Source of the DNA: Octopus sinensis
Lineage: Eukaryota
DNA: 64,000 bases
Direction: 5' to 3'
Assembly: GCF_006345805.1 (NCBI RefSeq)
Contig: NC_043000.1
Span: 127,596,001-127,660,000, forward strand
Positions 25,354-39,142 of the stretch are shown in pieces; within the stretch, counting starts at the first letter, position 1; the number at the start of each line of letters is the position of its first letter. Made by a program: the position numbers and the translations under genes. The notes beneath the pieces are model-generated. The model made no database searches. It had not been told where the DNA came from and was given only the letters and a program-made list of their open reading frames with translations.

Positions 25354-25865
25354 AAGGCAACAAGTTGGCAGGATTGTTAGCATGCAGGACAAAATGCTTA
25401 GCAGCATTTCATCTGTCCTTACACTCTGAGTTCAAATGCCACTAAGGTCTACTGTGCCTTTCATCCCTTTGAGGTCAATAAAATAAGTATCAGTTGAACA
25501 CTGGGGTTGATTAAATTGACTAGACTCTTCTCTAGTTTCAGACTAAGTGCTTTTAGTAGACAAAAAAATTACGATGATGACTACTACTACTACTACTACT
25601 ACTACTATGATTATTATTATTATTATTATGATTTTTATTATTATTATTAAGATGGTAAGGTGCAGAACTGTTAGCATGCTAGACGAAATGCTTAGTGACC
25701 TTTCATCCATCTTTACATTCTGAGTTCAAATTCTGCCAAGATTGACTTTGCCCTCCATATTTTTGGGGGGTCAATGAAATAAGTACCAGTTGAAAACTTG
25801 GGTCAATGTAATTTACTAGTCTCCTCTTTGAAAAATTTCAGGCGTTGAGCCTATAGCAGAAAGGA
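25354..25865 (+). mobile_element. two old SINE-B copies separated by (CTA)/(TTA)n
   Basis: ctgagttcaaat...cctttcatcc...aaataagta motifs twice. Confidence 0.7.
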
Positions 25866-26019
25866 TTATTATTAATATTACTGATTAATATTATTCATGA
25901 AAATGATGGAGAATAATGAAACAAGTAGAAAATACAAACTGATAATTGTGCTTCATTAATTTGATTAATTAATTACTTAATAATTTCAGCAGGTCAAATT
26001 ATTTATAAGCTAAAATATG

Positions 26020-26320
26020 TTTGTTCCTTCTTGAGCCATGCCTGGCTCATAAGGGCCGGTTTCCCGGTTTCCTTGGAGTATAGGTTCCCCACCTGGACAG
26101 GACACCAGTCCGTCGCAGGTGAGCTGCAAGATGCAGGAGGAAAAAGTGAGAGAAAGTTGTGGCGAAAGAGTCAGCAGAAGTTCGCCATTACCTTCTGCCA
26201 GAGCCACATGGAACTTATGTGTTTTGCTCATAAACACACACATCATCCAGTCTGAGATTCAAACCCGCGATCCCTCGACCACGAGTCTGCTGCTCTAACA
26301 ACTAGGCCATGTGCCTCCAC
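26020..26320 (-). mobile_element. tRNA-derived SINE, family E (V-domain-like body)
   Basis: Reverse complement: gtggaggcacatggcctagttgttagagc...gggtttgaatc head; cctgcgacggactggtgtcctgtccagg body. Confidence 0.7.
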
Positions 26321-27391
26321 AAGCTAAAATATACTTCTTTTTAATAACGTTTCATGTTTGGTTAGGATTGTTTCTCTATTTCGTGTACAAAGTGTACAAA
26401 AACATCATCATTTGTTCTAAAACAAATTTGGAGAATCACTGTGTGGTCATTCAGCCTGCTAGAAGTAGCAATCAAATCTACATTAAACCATACTTTACTG
26501 TCTTAAAAATAAACACATCGTCTGAGGTATACTATTCACAAAAATAAAACAGGTTGATCATGGTTTGAATGTCTCTATCTTAAGTCTTCTTGATCAGAAC
26601 TGACCTGGAATTAAATGACAACAACAACAAGTACATAAATGAACTGAATTATCTAAAACAGGAAATCAAAGCAGGTTCTCAGACTTGGCAGAAATACCTC
26701 CCTACTCTATTTTGCTTTTCTATTTATGGAAAGAATGTTTAAAAGATCACTTGTATATCAGTAAAGCAGAAACTTATCATATTATATTTAATTCAATATC
26801 TGAAAGAGCAGCAAGAGATTCACAGTTGAAATAATAAACTTGAGTCTTGATGTTTTTTTGTATTTGAGTTAGGTTCATAATCAAACTTAAGTACTTTACC
26901 ATTCAAGATTTTATGGAACATGTAGTATGTAGCGGAAATACATAGACAACAAAATTTGATGAAGAAAGCAATAAAATTTATTCCTCTTTTTATCAGCCAG
27001 TTGTTGTGACTGTTGTGTAGCCTAGGTTGGCTTTGATCAAGCCGACATCTGACCGAAAAATGTTCCAGATATGATTTTTTTTTTATTCTTAAGACACAGT
27101 GTATCTTCAGTTGCAATATCCATTACCTGACATGTCCTTTAGACAGCAAGCCGGCAGAATCATTAGCATGCCATAGAAAATATATGGCAGAATTTATTCC
27201 AGCTTTATACTCTAGTTCAAATTCCATTGTGATTGACTTTACTTTTCATCCTCTCATGGTCAGTGAAGTAAGTACTACCAGTTGAGTACTGAGGTCAATG
27301 TTATCAGCTAGCCACCCAGCCCAAAATTTCAGGCCTTGTACTCATAGTAGAAAGAATTACCTAATATATTGTCCCTTGTTTGTAGAGATGA

Positions 27392-27890
27392 TAAAGAGCA
27401 CCATACGAGTGTGATCGTTGACAGAGCGGCTAACTAGCTTCTATGCCAGTGGCACATAAAAGGCACCATTCGAGTGTGATCATTGCCAGTGTCACCTTAC
27501 TGGCACTTGTGTCCGTGCTAGTAGGATGCTAAGAGCACCATCCGAGTGTAATCATTGCCAGAGCGGCTAACTGGCTTCCGTGCCGGTGGCACGTAAAAGG
27601 CACCATTCGAGCGTGATTGTTACCAGCATCGCCCTACTGGCACCTGTGCCGGTGGCATGTGTAAAAAGATCCAAGCAAGGTCGTCGCCTGACTGGCCTCC
27701 ATGCCAGTGGCACGTAAAAGCACCCACTACACTCTCGGAGTGGTTGGCGTTGGGAAGGGCATCCAGCTGTAGAAACTCTGCCAGATCAAGATTGGAGCCT
27801 GGTGCAGCCATCTGGTTCGCCAGCCCTCAGTCAAAATCATCCAACCCATGCTAGCACGGAAAGCGGACATTAAATGATGATGATGATGAT
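27392..27890 (+). mobile_element. RTE 3' UTR (family C) with hairpin repeat array
   Basis: Repeated gtgccggtggcacgtaaaaggcaccattcgagcgtg units; tail ggacattaaa(tga)n. Confidence 0.85.
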
Positions 27891-28451
27891 AAAGGCTCAC
27901 ATTCTGGCCTGTTCTACTTATCTGTTGGTATTAATCTTTAGCTCTAGATCAACCCTGATTAAGCAGGCCTACAATAAAAAGTATTCTAATGATAATCAAC
28001 CAATCTTTTCAGGGCTGTAAAAAGAACTACATCATCTAATGTGTCTTTTTGTTATTTAAGACAGCAGCTGTAATTTCCATGAGATTCGGTTGCTATTTGT
28101 ACTAAATTTATTTCCTAGAACTGAGTACACTGCAAGACACCCTAATTTTGACTTGAAACTTTTGGGGAAAAAAAAAATAAAAAATAAACATAAAAATAAG
28201 GTCTAAGCACTTTCAAATACTTTACCGAGATATTTTGTTAGTGGCTTAGCAACATAATAGATCCTGTTGATTATGTATTGTCTGTACTGTGTCTTTCACT
28301 TTTACAGTAGTTAGACAAGGTAACCTTAGTACAGATAACCCGTTTCTGGGATTAAAAGTGGATAATGAAAAATGTCATCTTCAAAATCTAGAGCAGGCAC
28401 TATCAATTTTCAACACATTGTGAGGGAAAATATTCAGTGTCCTCAATGCAA

Positions 28452-28808
28452 AGACATGAATGTGTGGTCAAGAAGCCCACTTTGCAACTATGTGGTTTGG
28501 GGTTCAGTCCCATTGTGCAGTACCTTAGGCAAGTGTCTTCTACTGTAGCCCCAGACCAATCAATACCTTGTGAGTGAATTTGGTAGATGGATTACTGTGC
28601 AGAAGCATGTGTGTGTGTGTGTGTTCGTCCCCACTACCACTTGACAACCAGTATTGGTTTGTTTATATCCCCATAACTTAGCAGCTCAGCAAAAACAAGA
28701 CTGTTAGAAAAAGTACCGAACTTTAAGATAAGTACTGAGATTGGTCTGTTTGACTTCAAGACAGTGCTCCACCATGGCCACAGTCTAATGACTGAAAGAA
28801 GCAAAAGA
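28452..28808 (+). mobile_element. SINE-A, older copy
   Basis: Diverged consensus match. Confidence 0.75.
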
Positions 28809-28879
28809 CTGCCGCCAGGAAATACAGTTTCTGCCAGCAGAAGCCAGTTAATGATTTACAGGCTGTGACTTGTCATTCA

Positions 28880-30147
28880 ATAAAACACCCTTAAGATGTA
28901 CCTGGTGTAACCTATGGACACATAAGAAGTGCAGCAATATCAAAGGAAGGCTAACACAGAAAATAGTTTTGTGTGTGGCAGATATACAGGGAAAATAAAC
29001 ACTGAAGATGTACAGAAAACAGATCCCATCACATGCCAGGGAGAGAGACTATAAGTAGTTGATAGCTTCTGCTACCTAGGCAACCAAGTCTGTAGTGGAG
29101 GTGGTGACTCTGAGAGTGTAGTGGCTAGAATAAAAATAGTCTGGGCAAAGTTCAGAGAGCTCCTACCTCTGCTGGCAACTAAGGGCCTCTCGCTCAGGGT
29201 GAAAGATAGACTGTATGATGCATGCGTGCAAACTACCATGCTACACAGCAGTGAAACATGGGCCATGACTGCTGAGGACATGCATAGGCTTGAAAGAAAT
29301 GATGCTAGTATGCTCTGCTGGATGTGTAATGTCAGTGTGCATGACAGAGTGTAAGAGCCCTGAGAGAAAAGTTGGGCATAAGAAGCATCAGATGTGGTGT
29401 GCAAGAGAGATGACTGTGCTGGTATGGTCATGTGTTATGTATGGATGAGGACAGCTGTGTGACGAAGTGCCACTCCCTAACTGTGAAAGGAACCTGTGGA
29501 AGAGGTAGACTCAGGAAGACATGGGATGAGGTGGTGAAACATGACCTTCAAACATTGAGCCTCACAGAGGCAATGGCAAGAGACTGAGACCTTTGGAGAT
29601 ATGCTGTGATTGAGATGGGCCGGCAACTAAAGAGAGATCGCAGTCATGGCCGATGCCAGTAGTGCAGGTCTGGACCTGATGTGTCAGGTGATATGACATG
29701 CTTGAAAAGACTGTTGAGTCAAGTAAAACCAAAATCATAGCTGTGGCCAGTGCTTCCTGACTGGCTCCTGTTTCGGTGGCATGTAAAATGCATCATCTGA
29801 ATGTGGTCAATGTTAGTGGCTCCTGTGCCAGTGACACGTAAAAAGCACCATCTGAACGTGGCTGATGCCAGTACCCCTTGACTGACTCCTGTGCTGGTGG
29901 CATGTAAAAAGCACTATCTGAACATGATCTATGCCAGGATTGTCTGACTGGCTCTCATGTCAGTGGCACATAAAAAGCACCCACTAGACTCTCAGAGTGG
30001 TTGGCATTAGGAAGGGCATCCAGCTGTAGAAACATTGCCAGATCAGATTGGAGCCTGGTGCAGCTGCTGGCTCTCCAGACCACAGTCAAACCATCCAACC
30101 CATGCCAGCATGGAAAACAGACATTAAACGATGATGATGACAATGAT
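28880..30147 (+). mobile_element. RTE-clade LINE, 5' truncated: RT C-terminal remnant + repeat-containing 3' UTR (source of family C)
   Basis: VDSFCYLG...ARIKIVWAKFRELLPLL...RLYDACVQTTMLHSSETW...LCWYGHV...GRGRLRKTW with stops; continues into ~55-nt repeats and (gat)n tail. Confidence 0.9.
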
Positions 30148-30787
30148 TATATGTGTATATGTGTGTGTGTGTATCTTTGTGTCTGTGTTTGTCCCCACAT
30201 CACTGCTTGACAACGAGTGTTGGTATGCTTACATCCCCGTAACTTAGTAGTTTAGTAATTTGACTGGTAGAATAAGTACTAGGCTTAAAAAAACAAATAA
30301 CTCCTAGGGTTAAGTTGTTCAACTAAAACCTTTCAAGGTAGTGCCCCAGCATGGCCACAGTCAAACGACTGAAACAATTAAAAGAATAAAAAGAGTAAAT
30401 TGCATACCTTAATTTAAAGAAATAACAATGATACTTCAAGCAGATATAACAGGTATGTATAGTGTCCATGTTGCCAATCCACAGCTAGTTGTTTAAAACT
30501 TATTCATTTTATATCATTATATGTGAGAAAGTGGGGAACAAAAGCTAAATGCTTATTCAGTAAGCAATATATATGTAAAGAATTTATCAGGCTTAACCTT
30601 ATTCAGTCTGTAATACTTCACACGCACACACACACAGACACACAAAAATATATATTGGATGCTCGCCTAGCCAGTGAAGTGAGGTGAGATCAGTTGAAAG
30701 CTAAAATGATGCAAAGTGGATTGTGATCAGCAATGTATGACAGCATCCAATAGTCTGGTCAATCATGTGATCACATGATATATATAT

Positions 30788-31175
30788 GACTGGCTATGTG
30801 GTAAGAAGCTTGCTTACCAACCACATGGTTCCGGGTTCATTCCCACTGCGTGGCACCTTCTACTATAGCCTCGGGTCGACCAAAGCCTTGTGAGTGGATT
30901 TGGCAGACGGAAACTGAAAGAAGCCCCTCGTATATATGTATATATATATGTAATTGTGTGTATATGTTTGTGCGCTTGTGTTTGTCCCCCAATATCGCTT
31001 GACAACCAATACTGGTGTGTTTATGTCACTGTAACTTAGCAGTTCGGCAAGAGACCGATAGAATAAGTACTAAGCTTACAAAGAATAAGTCCTAGGGTCG
31101 AATTGCTCAACTAAAGGCAGTGCTCCGGCATGGCCACAGTCAAATGACTGAGACAAATGAAAAAGAGAAAAAAAA
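30788..31175 (+). mobile_element. SINE-A
   Basis: Consensus match. Confidence 0.85.
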
Positions 31176-31196
31176 GACATATATATATATATATAT

Positions 31197-31448
31197 AGGT
31201 TATAAGCGGTAATGTTGTCATTGAGACCCAAAGGTGTCAGGTAATGCTGAATAAGTGCTATAGATAGGCCATAGTTAAGTTCCAGGTTCGGTGATTATGC
31301 AAATAAGTGGTTCAACGTTGATCATATGTCAGCGTGTGTATATAAAAATTTTTTTTCGTAACCAAGGCTGTGTAGATTTTAGAACAAAATGTTCTAAAAT
31401 CTACACAGCCTTGGTTTTTTTATCCCATTACGAAAAAAAAATTATATA
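31197..31448 (-). mobile_element. fold-back element in (TA)n, copy 2
   Basis: Reverse homolog of 11776-12053; hairpin aaccaaggctgtgtagattttagaaca-aaa-tgttctaaaatctacacagccttggtt. Confidence 0.75.
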
Positions 31449-31539
31449 TATATATTATATTGGTTTTTATGTTCAGTTGTAATAAAACGATTTTACATTA
31501 ATCTGAAGGGTTACAGTACAATCTTATTATTCTTAATAA

Positions 31540-31752
31540 TCCTTCCTACTATAGGCACAAGGCCTGAAATTTATAAGGAGTTGGTAAGTCGATTTTATCA
31601 GCCCCAGTGTTTCACTGGTGATTAATTTATCGACTCCAAAAGGATGAAAGGCAAAGTTGACCTTGGCGGAATTGGAACTTAGAATGTAGCAGCAGGCAAA
31701 ATACCACTCAGCATTTTGCCCAGAGTGCTAACCATTCTGCCAGCTTGCCACC
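31540..31752 (-). mobile_element. SINE-B
   Basis: Consensus match. Confidence 0.8.
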
Positions 31753-31857
31753 TTGCGGCTGTCTTAACAATGACAAAGTTATTTTATTAAAAAAATCTTC
31801 ACTATTTTCAAAATCAAATTGAACAAAAGAAGTGTATTTCAGCAGAAATATGGTAAC

Positions 31858-32262
31858 TCTTTACTCTTTACTTTTTACTTGTTTCAGTTATTCGACTGTG
31901 GCCATGCTGGAGCACCGCCTTTAGTCGAGCAAACTTATTCTTTGTAAGCCTAGTACTTATTCCATTGGTCTCTTTTGCTGAACCGCTAAGTTACGGGGAT
32001 GTAAACATACCAGCATTGGTTGTCAAGCGATGTTGGGGGGACAAACTCAGACACACAAACATATACACACATACATGCGGATTATATATATATATATTTA
32101 CATATATACGATGGGCTTCTTTCAGTTTCTGTCTACCAAATCCACTCACAAGACTTTGGTCTGCTCAAGGCTATAGAAGAAGACACTTGCCCAAGGTGCC
32201 ACGCAGTGGGACTGAACACGGAACCATGTGGTTCATAAGCAAGCTACTTACCACACAGTCAC
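31858..32262 (-). mobile_element. SINE-A, full length
   Basis: Consensus match. Confidence 0.9.
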
Positions 32263-33436
32263 TCCAAAAGGTTTAAAGAAATATCAAATTAAATCCAGTA
32301 TTTTATTTTATTAAATCCAAATAGGACGAAAGACAATATCCTTTTCTACTCTAGGCACAAGGCCCATAAGGATGAAAGACAATATTGACTCTGGAATGAT
32401 TTGAACACAGAATGTTAAGTGCCAGAAGTGGTGATTCCGCTAATACAAAAACAACAATAACAACAATTTGTCCAAGCAAACACAACTGAAATTAATGTTT
32501 CACTTCTACTTCATAGCTGACTGGTTAATAATGAAAAGGTATTTCTCTATGTAAAAATAACTAATAAATAGTATAATACCAATTACACTATTTATTGATT
32601 TTGTTTTTATATATACAACCGTAACAGAAAAGTAAAAGTATCAGTGACTGGCTTGTAAATCTATAAACGATATTTATACTCAATATTATATTTTACTATT
32701 ACAAAATAAAAGTGCAAGTATTTATAACAGTGTGTGTGTGTGTGTGTTTGTTTTGTTTCGTTTTGAAAAGCTACAATGATTCTACAACAATGCAATTGTT
32801 TTAGCACCGTCTCAAAATACATCGCTTGCCAATCAAGTACAATACAGGGATATAATATCAATGGTCTGCAAAAATTAAAAGAAGAGAGAAGAGAAATTTT
32901 CCAATGATTCAATCACAGTTTAAATCTTTATTAGTCTTCATGGATTAGTAATATGACTGTGTTTTCCGAGCACTAGCGATGTTGTAGAGCTTTTCATGAA
33001 GAGTTTTTTCTGAGTGTCTTGACTTGCTTATCCTCTTCTTTCTACTAGGATGGAGTCTTTGGTTCATCATAGAAATATATCTTCATCTGTAATGTGGTTG
33101 GCATTAGGAAGGGCATCCAGCCATAGAAACCATGTCAAATCTGACTGGAGTCTGGTGCTGCTCCCCAGCTTGCCAGCTCTGGTCAAACTTTTCAACCCAT
33201 GCCAGCATGGACACCAGATGTTAAACAATGAAGATGATGATGATGATGATGATGACGACAATTATGATGATGATGATTATGTCTGTTCTTTAAGTATTTC
33301 CATGGTCTGGTGAACTTTCTGGTCTAGTACCCTCAGTCAAGACCATTAAACGTGTCAACCGCTTCTCTTTCCAGGTGCATCATTTTCCTGTTGAGCTTCT
33401 TTTTTAATCATACATCTGTTTATTCTAATAACTTCT

Positions 33437-33670
33437 TATTTCTTTATTGCCCACAAGGGGCTACACACAGAGGGGACAAACAAGGACAGACAAACGGATT
33501 AAGTCAATTATATCGACCCCAGTGCGTAACTGGTACTTATTTAATCGACCCCGAAAGGATGAAAGGCAAAGTTGACCTTGGTGGAATTTGAACTGAGAAT
33601 CTAACAGCAGACGAAATACCACTAAGCATTTTGCCTGGCGTGCTAACGTTTCTGCCAGCTCACCGCCTTA
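33437..33670 (-). mobile_element. SINE-B, full length
   Basis: Consensus match; flanked by ttattctaataacttct / ttattccaatagcttct near-TSD. Confidence 0.85.
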
Positions 33671-33879
33671 TTCCAATAGCTTCTTTCCTTGAACTGTAGC
33701 TCTCTGAAACTCACTGCCATCATCTCGTTTTCCTCTGGACTATGCAATTCAGTCCTTTAAGCTTCCTGTCAATTGATATCTTTTGAATTTGGAGGCCCCT
33801 TTTTTTCCTTTCTTGTAATCCCTTATGCTACAGTGTCTTCAAGCTTTGTTTGAAACAAAATCATAAAAAGAAACTAACA

Positions 33880-34085
33880 GTGTTTTAGAGCTATTTAGTA
33901 GTTTTCCACGTTTGAGTAATCTTGTAAAGTTTTCCATGAACTAGCGGTTTGTATAATTTTCTGTAAACTAGCAGAATTATAGATATTTCCATGATCGGTG
34001 TTGTAGAGTTTCCCATGAAGTAGTACTTTATAGAGTTTTTCATGACCTAGCAGCATTGTAAAGTTTTCTATAACAAGTGGTGTTC
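33880..34085. repeat. degenerate ~28-nt minisatellite (ttgtagagttttccatgaactagcgg-like)
   Basis: About 7 diverged units; a related unit at 32960-33000. Confidence 0.6.
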
Positions 34086-34327
34086 ACAATTAAGATACAT
34101 TAAATCAATCTTAGCTCAATGTAAAATGTAAATGAACTTTTATTCTTTTACTGGTTTCAGTTTTAAGTGTTAGGCTACCTTAAAGTGTTTTAGTCAATCG
34201 TGTTGACCCTAAGATTTGTTTCAACCTGATCCTTATTTTATTGTCATCTACATATTTACTGAAGTCTATGTATTGACTTTAAACAGCACTATTCAACATG
34301 CCATTTCAAACCAGTATAAACAGATAC

Positions 34328-34725
34328 ATCATCATTATCATCATCATTTAACGTCCGCTTTCCATGCTAGAATGGGTTGGACGATTTGACTGAGGTCAGG
34401 CAGACCAGATGGCTGCACCAGGCTCCAATCTGATCTGGCAGAGTTTCTACAGCTGGTTGCCCTTCCTAATGCCAACTACTCTGAGAGTGTAGTGGGTGCT
34501 TTTACGTGCCACCGGCACGAGGGCCAGTCAGGCAGTACTGGCAATGGCCATGCTCAAATGGTGCTTTTTATATGTCACCTGCACAGGAGCCAGTCCAGTG
34601 GCACTGGCAACAACCTTGCTTGAATGCTTTTCATGTGCCACCGGCACAAGTGCCAGTAAGGCAACGCTGGTAACGATCACGCTCGAATGGTGCTTATTAC
34701 ATGCCACCAGCACAGAAGCCAATTT
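34328..34725 (-). mobile_element. RTE 3' UTR (family C)
   Basis: Consensus match. Confidence 0.85.
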
Positions 34726-35004
34726 GCTAAGCACAAAAACATACATACATACATACATACACTCACACACATATACACACATGCATATACACACATATAT
34801 ATACACACATGCACACATACATGTGCATGTGTGCATGCACACCACACAGAAGTTTTACACCGTTTCTATCTACCAATTTCCGCTTCCAAATCATTATTTA
34901 ATCTGAGACTTACAATAGAAGACACTTGCCACAGTGAACCCGAAACCACATAATTGAGATGCAAACTTAACCACATGGCAATGCTAAAAGTTAAAAATAT
35001 GGTA

Positions 35005-35810
35005 CAGGCACAGGTGTAGCTGTGCAGTAAGAAGCTTGCTTCCCAACCTCATTGTTCCAGGTTCAGTCCCACAGCATGGCACCTTGAGCAAGTGTCTTCT
35101 ACTATCGCCTCAGGCCAACAAAAGCCTTGTGATTTGATTTGGTAGGTGCAAATTGAAAGAAACACATTGTGTGTTATATGTGTGTGGGGGGGGGGTCCCA
35201 CCATCACTTCACAACCAGTGTTGGTGTAATTACGTCCCCATACCTTAGCAGTTCAGCAAAAGAGACCAACAGAATAAGTACCAGACTTTAAAAAAACAAG
35301 TACCATAAATCCTCGAGTATAGTCCTCCCTTGTGTATAATACGCAACCCTTCGCTAACTTGAGTCAAGTTAGGTCTATATAACGTCCTTGGTTTGTAAAA
35401 ATGTATATGGTAACGTCCTTTATTATTATTGTATATATAACATAATGCAAACGTGTAGCTTTTTTGTTCATTTTGTTTGCAGAAAATAAAGAAATAACAG
35501 TAATAACATTTAATAAATGTTGCTTACTGCAAGTTATGGATGATTCTTTTATGACTTCATTGCTTTCAGGTTTAGCTTAAGGTATTTTCGCTCCCGACAT
35601 CACAAAATGCATCTGAATAAACATTGCCGGACAGCTAATAGAGTCTTGGACATTGCTTAGAAAATAATTTTCATTTTTAACCTCGTATATAGGGATTTTG
35701 ACCTTTAAATTTTGGGGAAAAAATGCGGATTATACTCGAGGATTTATGGTACTAAATTTCTTCAAGGCGGTATCCCAGCATGGATGTAGTCTAATGACTG
35801 AAAAAAGTAA
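35005..35810 (+). mobile_element. SINE-A interrupted by a pogo MITE
   Basis: Head at 35005; tail resumes after 35751. Confidence 0.75.
35301..35751. mobile_element. complete pogo/Tigger-like MITE with TA target duplication
   Basis: TIRs TA-ccataaatcctcgagtata / tatactcgaggatttatgg-TA; internal deletion derivative of 9575-10456. Confidence 0.9.
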
Positions 35811-38029
35811 AAGGTGAAGACATACTAAAGAATATATTGATTGAAACATAGTCTACATAAAAGCAATCAACTTTATAACACTGAGTGTTCAGTACTCGGA
35901 TACTTAAACAGAATGAGATTTCCAAAGTTAAGCTGTTAAAACCAAACTTGATTATGAAGACAAAAATTAGAATCCACAAAGAAAAATTATGGAAATGTGT
36001 ACTGGCAAAAAGCATTTAATAAAATTCTTATGGTCCTACTCTGAAAAATCAAATTTATCTTCAAAGAAGTGTCTTGCCACATACATCAGAACTCATTTTC
36101 ATCACAATAAAGGAATTTATTTTATTTTATAAATCTTAGAGAATAAATCAATAGCAAATTTTTATTTTTACTTAATATGGTTTTGCTTAAGATAAGTACA
36201 GACATGACTGTGGAGTCAAGAAGTTCATTTTGAAAATATAAGGTTAATGGTTCAGTGTCACTGTGTGAACATTGTTGGCTGGTGTTCTATATTATAGGCA
36301 CGTGTCAACCAATATCTTGTGAATGAAATTGGTAGACAGGAACTGAAGCATCATCATCATCAGCATCATTTAATGTCCATTTTTCCATGTTGGAACTGGC
36401 ATATCAGAAGACTACATCAAGTTCTGCTGTCTACTTTGGCATGGTTTCTACAACTAGATGCCCTTCCAAACATCAACCACTTTACAGAGTGTACTGGGCA
36501 TTTCTTTTTTTTTTTGTGTGTGTGGCCCCAGCAGCAGTACAGTCACCAGTAACTTGCAGGACAAGACTCCCCAACTGAATGAGGGAGTAGTATTATGGAA
36601 CAGGAAAAGGTGTCTTGCAGCAGAGAAGAAACAGGGCTGCCTCAGGTAGAGAGAGAGAGAGAGAGAGATGGACAGACAGACAGACACAGAGAGAGAGAGA
36701 CAGGGACAGACAGACAGAGGAGAGAGGGAGACAGAGAGAGAAGATGGAGACTGTAGGGAGGGATGCCACACCCCCAAGTTAAGCCTGTATACATGTGTGA
36801 CAGAGGTGCTTCTGGGTGTTCATGTGAGTATTTTCCCTCATCTTTGAATGTGTTAGTTGACTATAAAAGGCAAGACAGGCCATGACCTTTGCTTGCACTC
36901 AACTGCAAAAGCATGCTCAGCCTTTTTGACATGTTGCACAGCCTTTGTAAACAAAACGTTCATTCAGACAGTGTCATCGGTTTCCAGTTTGTTGTGTAAC
37001 TATATCTGGGCAGTTTGGTACTCAATATACTGCTTGGAAACAAGTGAGGATTGGTCACAAAAAAGGTGTCTGACCATACAAAATTTGCCCCAACAAATTC
37101 CAGCTGACTCATGCAAACCTGGAAAATTGGACATTAAAATGATAGTGATGGTAGTTCTCTGACAATGGTACTACAAAATATTTGGACCATTATCCTTGTC
37201 ATCATCATCATATTTAATATGTATTTCGTATTATAATTTGAGTTGAAAATATCAGCAACCCTTCCAAATATCATGAGTTCATCTATAAGTGTTTAATATT
37301 TATGAGTTTGACCAAACTACTAAATTATCTAGAATTAACTTCCATCATTAATTAGTAGTCCATTTTCACCCAGCCCTCACATTAATTTCCATATGAATGT
37401 AGTGGTTCCTTTTTGCATACATTTGTCAAAGTCTTTGGCAGTAAGTCAAGTTTTTCAACTTATTTGCATTCAAATTTTTCCTTGAAAGTTAAACTCACTC
37501 ATTCATCAGATTATATTCAACTTTTCCCTTGTCAATCACAAATTTTCTGCATTTGCAACACAAGTCTCTCATATATACAACCTCACATTGTTACCATATA
37601 CACATCGTCATCCTTGTTCCACACTGACATGGATCAACAGTTTGACAGGATCCGATGAGTCTGAGGACTGCATCATTTTCCAATGTCTGCTTTGGTATGG
37701 TTTCTACAGCCAAATGCCCTTCCTAATGCCAACTACTTCAAAGCAAGTATTGGGTGCTTTTTTTTTTGTCATGGCACCAACAGTAATGAGGTCACCATGT
37801 AGCTTGCAAGACTAAGATCTCTCTAAACAGAATGGAGTTACAGGAGAAAGGGAGGTCGTTTCATGTCAGGATATGAAGGCTTAAAGGATGAGAGAAGGGG
37901 CCAGAATAGAATAAGTTTCATGCTATAGAGGAGCTGCATAGCTACTCACATTATAGAAGCAAAGGTGGGAGTAACCAGGTAAAGTTTAAAAGTGAGATAA
38001 ACTAAGGCCTTTACTTTATGGTAGTATGA

Positions 38030-38440
38030 GCGCTAAGAGTACCATACAAGCGTGATCATTGCAAGAGCAACAAAATGGCCTCTGTGCCGGTGGCACGTAA
38101 AAAGCACCATTCGGGTGTGATCGCTACCTGTGTCACCTTAGTGGCACTTGTGCTGGTGGCACATGAAAAAACATTCGAGCGAGGTCATTGCCAGTGCCGC
38201 TGGACTGGCTTCTGTGCAGGTGCACATAAAAAACACCATTTGAGCATGGCCGTTGCCAGTACCGCCTGACTGGCTCTCGTGCCGGTGGCACATAAAAGCA
38301 CCCACTACACTCTTGGAATGGTTGGCGTTAGGAAGGACATCCAGCTGTAGAAACTCTGCCAGATCTGGTTCGCCAGTCCTCAGTCAAATCGTCCAACCCA
38401 TGCTAGCATGGAAAGCAGACATTAAACGATGATGATGATG
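38030..38440 (+). mobile_element. RTE 3' UTR (family C)
   Basis: Consensus match. Confidence 0.85.
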
Positions 38441-38881
38441 AAGGGTGGCAAGCTGGCAGAATCATTAGCACACCAGACAAAATACTTAGTGGCATTTCAT
38501 CCGTCATTATGTTCTGAGTTCAAATTCCACCGAGGTTGACTTTCCTTTTCATCCTTTCAGGGTCAATAAGTAACAGTTAAGCACTGGGGTTGAGGTAATT
38601 GATTTACACCCCCCCTCACCCAAAATTTTGACCTTGAACCTATAGTACAAAGTAAATTACTCTTAACGAAATAAAAATAAGCTGGTAGAGCCATTAGTAA
38701 AGGCAAACAAATTGCTTAGCGACATTTATTCCAACTTTACATTCTGAGTTCAAATACCACTGAGGTCAACTTTGCTTTTCATCTTTTCAGGGTCATTGAA
38801 ATAAGTACTAGACTTGATACAATCAACTAGCCCCACCTCCCCCAAAATATCAGGCCTTGTGCCCTTAGAGGAAAGGCTTAC

Positions 38882-38914
<33 letters not shown>

Positions 38915-39142
38915 CATCATTGTTATTAAGGTGGCAAGCTAGCAGAATCATTAGCACGCAGGGCAAAATGCTTAGCAGTATTTTGTCTGTCTCCACGTTC
39001 TGAGTTCAAATGCTGCCAGGGTCGACTTTGCCTTTCATCCTTTCGGGATTGATACAGTAACTACCAGTTGAGTACTGGGGTCGATGTAATCGACTCATCC
39101 CTTTCCCCCAAATTTCAGGCCTTGTGCCTATAGTAGAAAGGC
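38441..39142 (+). mobile_element. three tandem SINE-B copies
   Basis: Units at ~38441, ~38680, ~38927, each with gagttcaaat and tttcatc motifs. Confidence 0.8.

Noticed and set aside
29072-29431. 119-aa minus-strand ORF
   Set aside because: Antisense shadow of the RTE reverse-transcriptase remnant
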